In this document: piece after piece, positions 62,270 through 64,000 of the stretch
How the letters are laid out: each line of letters starts with the position of its first letter
How positions within the stretch are numbered: position 1 is the first letter of the stretch
DNA from: Glaucostegus cemiculus
Taxonomy: Eukaryota
DNA: 64,000 nucleotides
Direction: 5' to 3'
Assembly (NCBI GenBank): GCA_976551045.1
Contig: CDPCPM010000026.1
Span: 21,638,001-21,702,000, forward strand
The notes under the pieces: generated by a model
What the model saw: the letters and a program-made list of their open reading frames with translations, nothing else
Databases searched by the model: none
What the model was told of the DNA's origin: nothing
Made by a program: the position numbers and the translations under genes

Positions 62270-64000
62270 GTAGGGTGACCCGGACTGGGTATGCAATATT
62301 CCAAGTTATACAATGTTCCAAATGAACAAGCCTAGAAGGAATGTAGGCGGGGTACCATTATTAGTCAGGAAGGTATCAGAGCTGTATCGAGTTGTGATAT
62401 AGAGGCAGTGGATAGTAAGTAGAATTACTTTGGGTTGAAATCATGAATAGCAGGGGAAAGAAGACACAGATGTGACTAACCATTTGGGTGGAGCATAAAT
62501 GGGGAAATATCTGAGGCATGTTTGAACTGTAATTATCATGAGAGATTTGAATCTACATATTGATTGTATGAGTTAAACTGGCAAAGGTGTCATAGAAGAA
62601 GTTGTGGAGTGTGACAGGGATTGCTCCTTAGCACAGTATGTTATGGTACACAACCAGTAACAGACTATATTAAATTTGGTCATGAGTAATGAAGGAGAAT
62701 TAACAAGACATTTTGAGGTTATAGATTCCTGAGGAGATAGTGACCACAATACGATAGAACTCCAGATGCAGTTTAAGGGTGAACACCACCAAAACCAAAA
62801 CTATTGTCTTCAATAATAAGGTCAATTATAATGGATTGAAGGTGGAATTTTTCAAGGTGTGCTGGGAAAATAATCTAAGAGACAGGTTACTAGGAGAACA
62901 GTGGCAGATATTCAAACAGCAGACCGTAACACTCATCAGGAATTTATCCCAATTAGAAAGAGGGATTCTATGGGTAAGAGCCACATTCTTCATTTAACAA
63001 AGGAGGTCAAGGACGAAGTTAATTTGAAAATTAGGACATACAAAGTGGCAATGGTTGTTGGTAGGCCAGAGGACTGGGAAGTTTTTCCGATCCAGCAGTG
63101 AAAGACTACAATGCTCCCCAGAAGGGAGAAGATTGATTTTGAGAGAAAACATGTATAATATCAAAACAAACAGTAAAAGCTTCTTGGATACTTAAATAGG
63201 AAGATGGTGGCTAAGGTAGGCGTAGGACCTCCAGAGAATGAGGCAGGTGATTTAATAACAGGAAATAAAGAAGAGGCAGATATGTTAAATCAATTTTTTG
63301 AATCAGTCCTTAACCATGGAGGACACTGCAAGTATCCCTAAGATAATAGATGGGCTAATTTTAAGTAACAGGGAGGAACTTGTAAAAATCCCAATCACAA
63401 GGGTGAAAAGTATTAGAGAAACTCAGATAGCTAAAAGTGGACAAATCACTGGGACCCAACAGTCTGTACCCAAGGGTTTTAAAGGAAGCGGCTGCTGAGA
63501 TGGTGGATCCGTTGGTGGAAATCTTTCAAAATTCATTCAATTCTGGGAGGGTACCAAATGATCAGAAAACAGTCAATATGAATCCCTTATTCTAAAAGGG
63601 AGGAAGACAGAAGGTGGGAAACTATAGGCCAATTAGTTTAACATCGATTGTTGTCAAGATGCAAAAGTCAATAATCAGAGGTGGAGTAACTAATTATTTA
63701 GGAAAGCTGAATATAATCAAACCTAGTTAATACAGTTTTATTAAAGATAAATCATGTTTGGCAAATTTGCTCAAATTCTTTGAGGATGTGACAGGGATAG
63801 TTGATAGATGGGAATCTGTAGATGTAGTGTATTTAGATTTCCAAAAGGTATTTGACAAGGTACCACATGCAAGACTGGTGCATAAATTAACAGCCCAAGG
63901 TACTGGAGGAAATGTGTTAGTGTGGATTGAAAACTGGCTGCACATAGAGTTAGAATAAATGGGTTATTTTCAGGCTGGAGAGATACAACTAGAGGAGTAC
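62270..64000 (+). mobile_element. Degenerate CR1 LINE ORF2 (endonuclease end, linker, RT start); runs off the window
   Basis: GDSDHN (~62730), GNYRPISLTS (~63615) and KSCLANLLKFFEDVT..VDVVYLDFQKVFDKVPH, with many stops and frameshifts. Confidence 0.9.

Noticed and set aside
20991-64000. ZFHX3 exon 1 or CpG-island promoter; CRISPR or other prokaryotic-type systems
   Set aside because: No CpG island, no regularly spaced repeat-spacer array and no operon-like gene density.

Overview
Eukaryotic, AT-rich vertebrate DNA, most likely from a cartilaginous fish (inferred from HE1/HER1-like SINE/LINE content). It covers the 5' part of ZFHX3 (ATBF1, zinc-finger homeobox 3) on the minus strand. Two exons are supported: a 2,696-bp first coding exon (20990-18295, ATG at 20944) and a 497-bp exon (4326-3830). 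They splice in frame across a 13,968-bp phase-1 GT-AG intron. No exon 1, promoter or CpG island is evident, so 20991-64000 is most likely intron 1. The rest is intron filled with decayed retroelements (CR1/HER1, a second CR1-like family, L2, Rex1/Babar, Penelope-like, V-SINEs, DeuSINE-like and other tRNA SINEs), microsatellites, a 157-bp N gap and candidate enhancers. I see no convincing novel protein-coding system. The most interesting observations are: four SINE families whose 3' tails match four different LINE families in the same window (including a V-SINE with a Rex1-type stem-loop tail); decayed hammerhead-ribozyme-like motifs in Penelope-derived repeats, one pair in tandem; three uAUGs within 30 nt of the ZFHX3 start; a self-nested inverted HER1 structure; and a ~150-bp hairpin. 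Comparisons with human genes and repeat consensus sequences are from memory and need database confirmation. Repeat boundaries are approximate.
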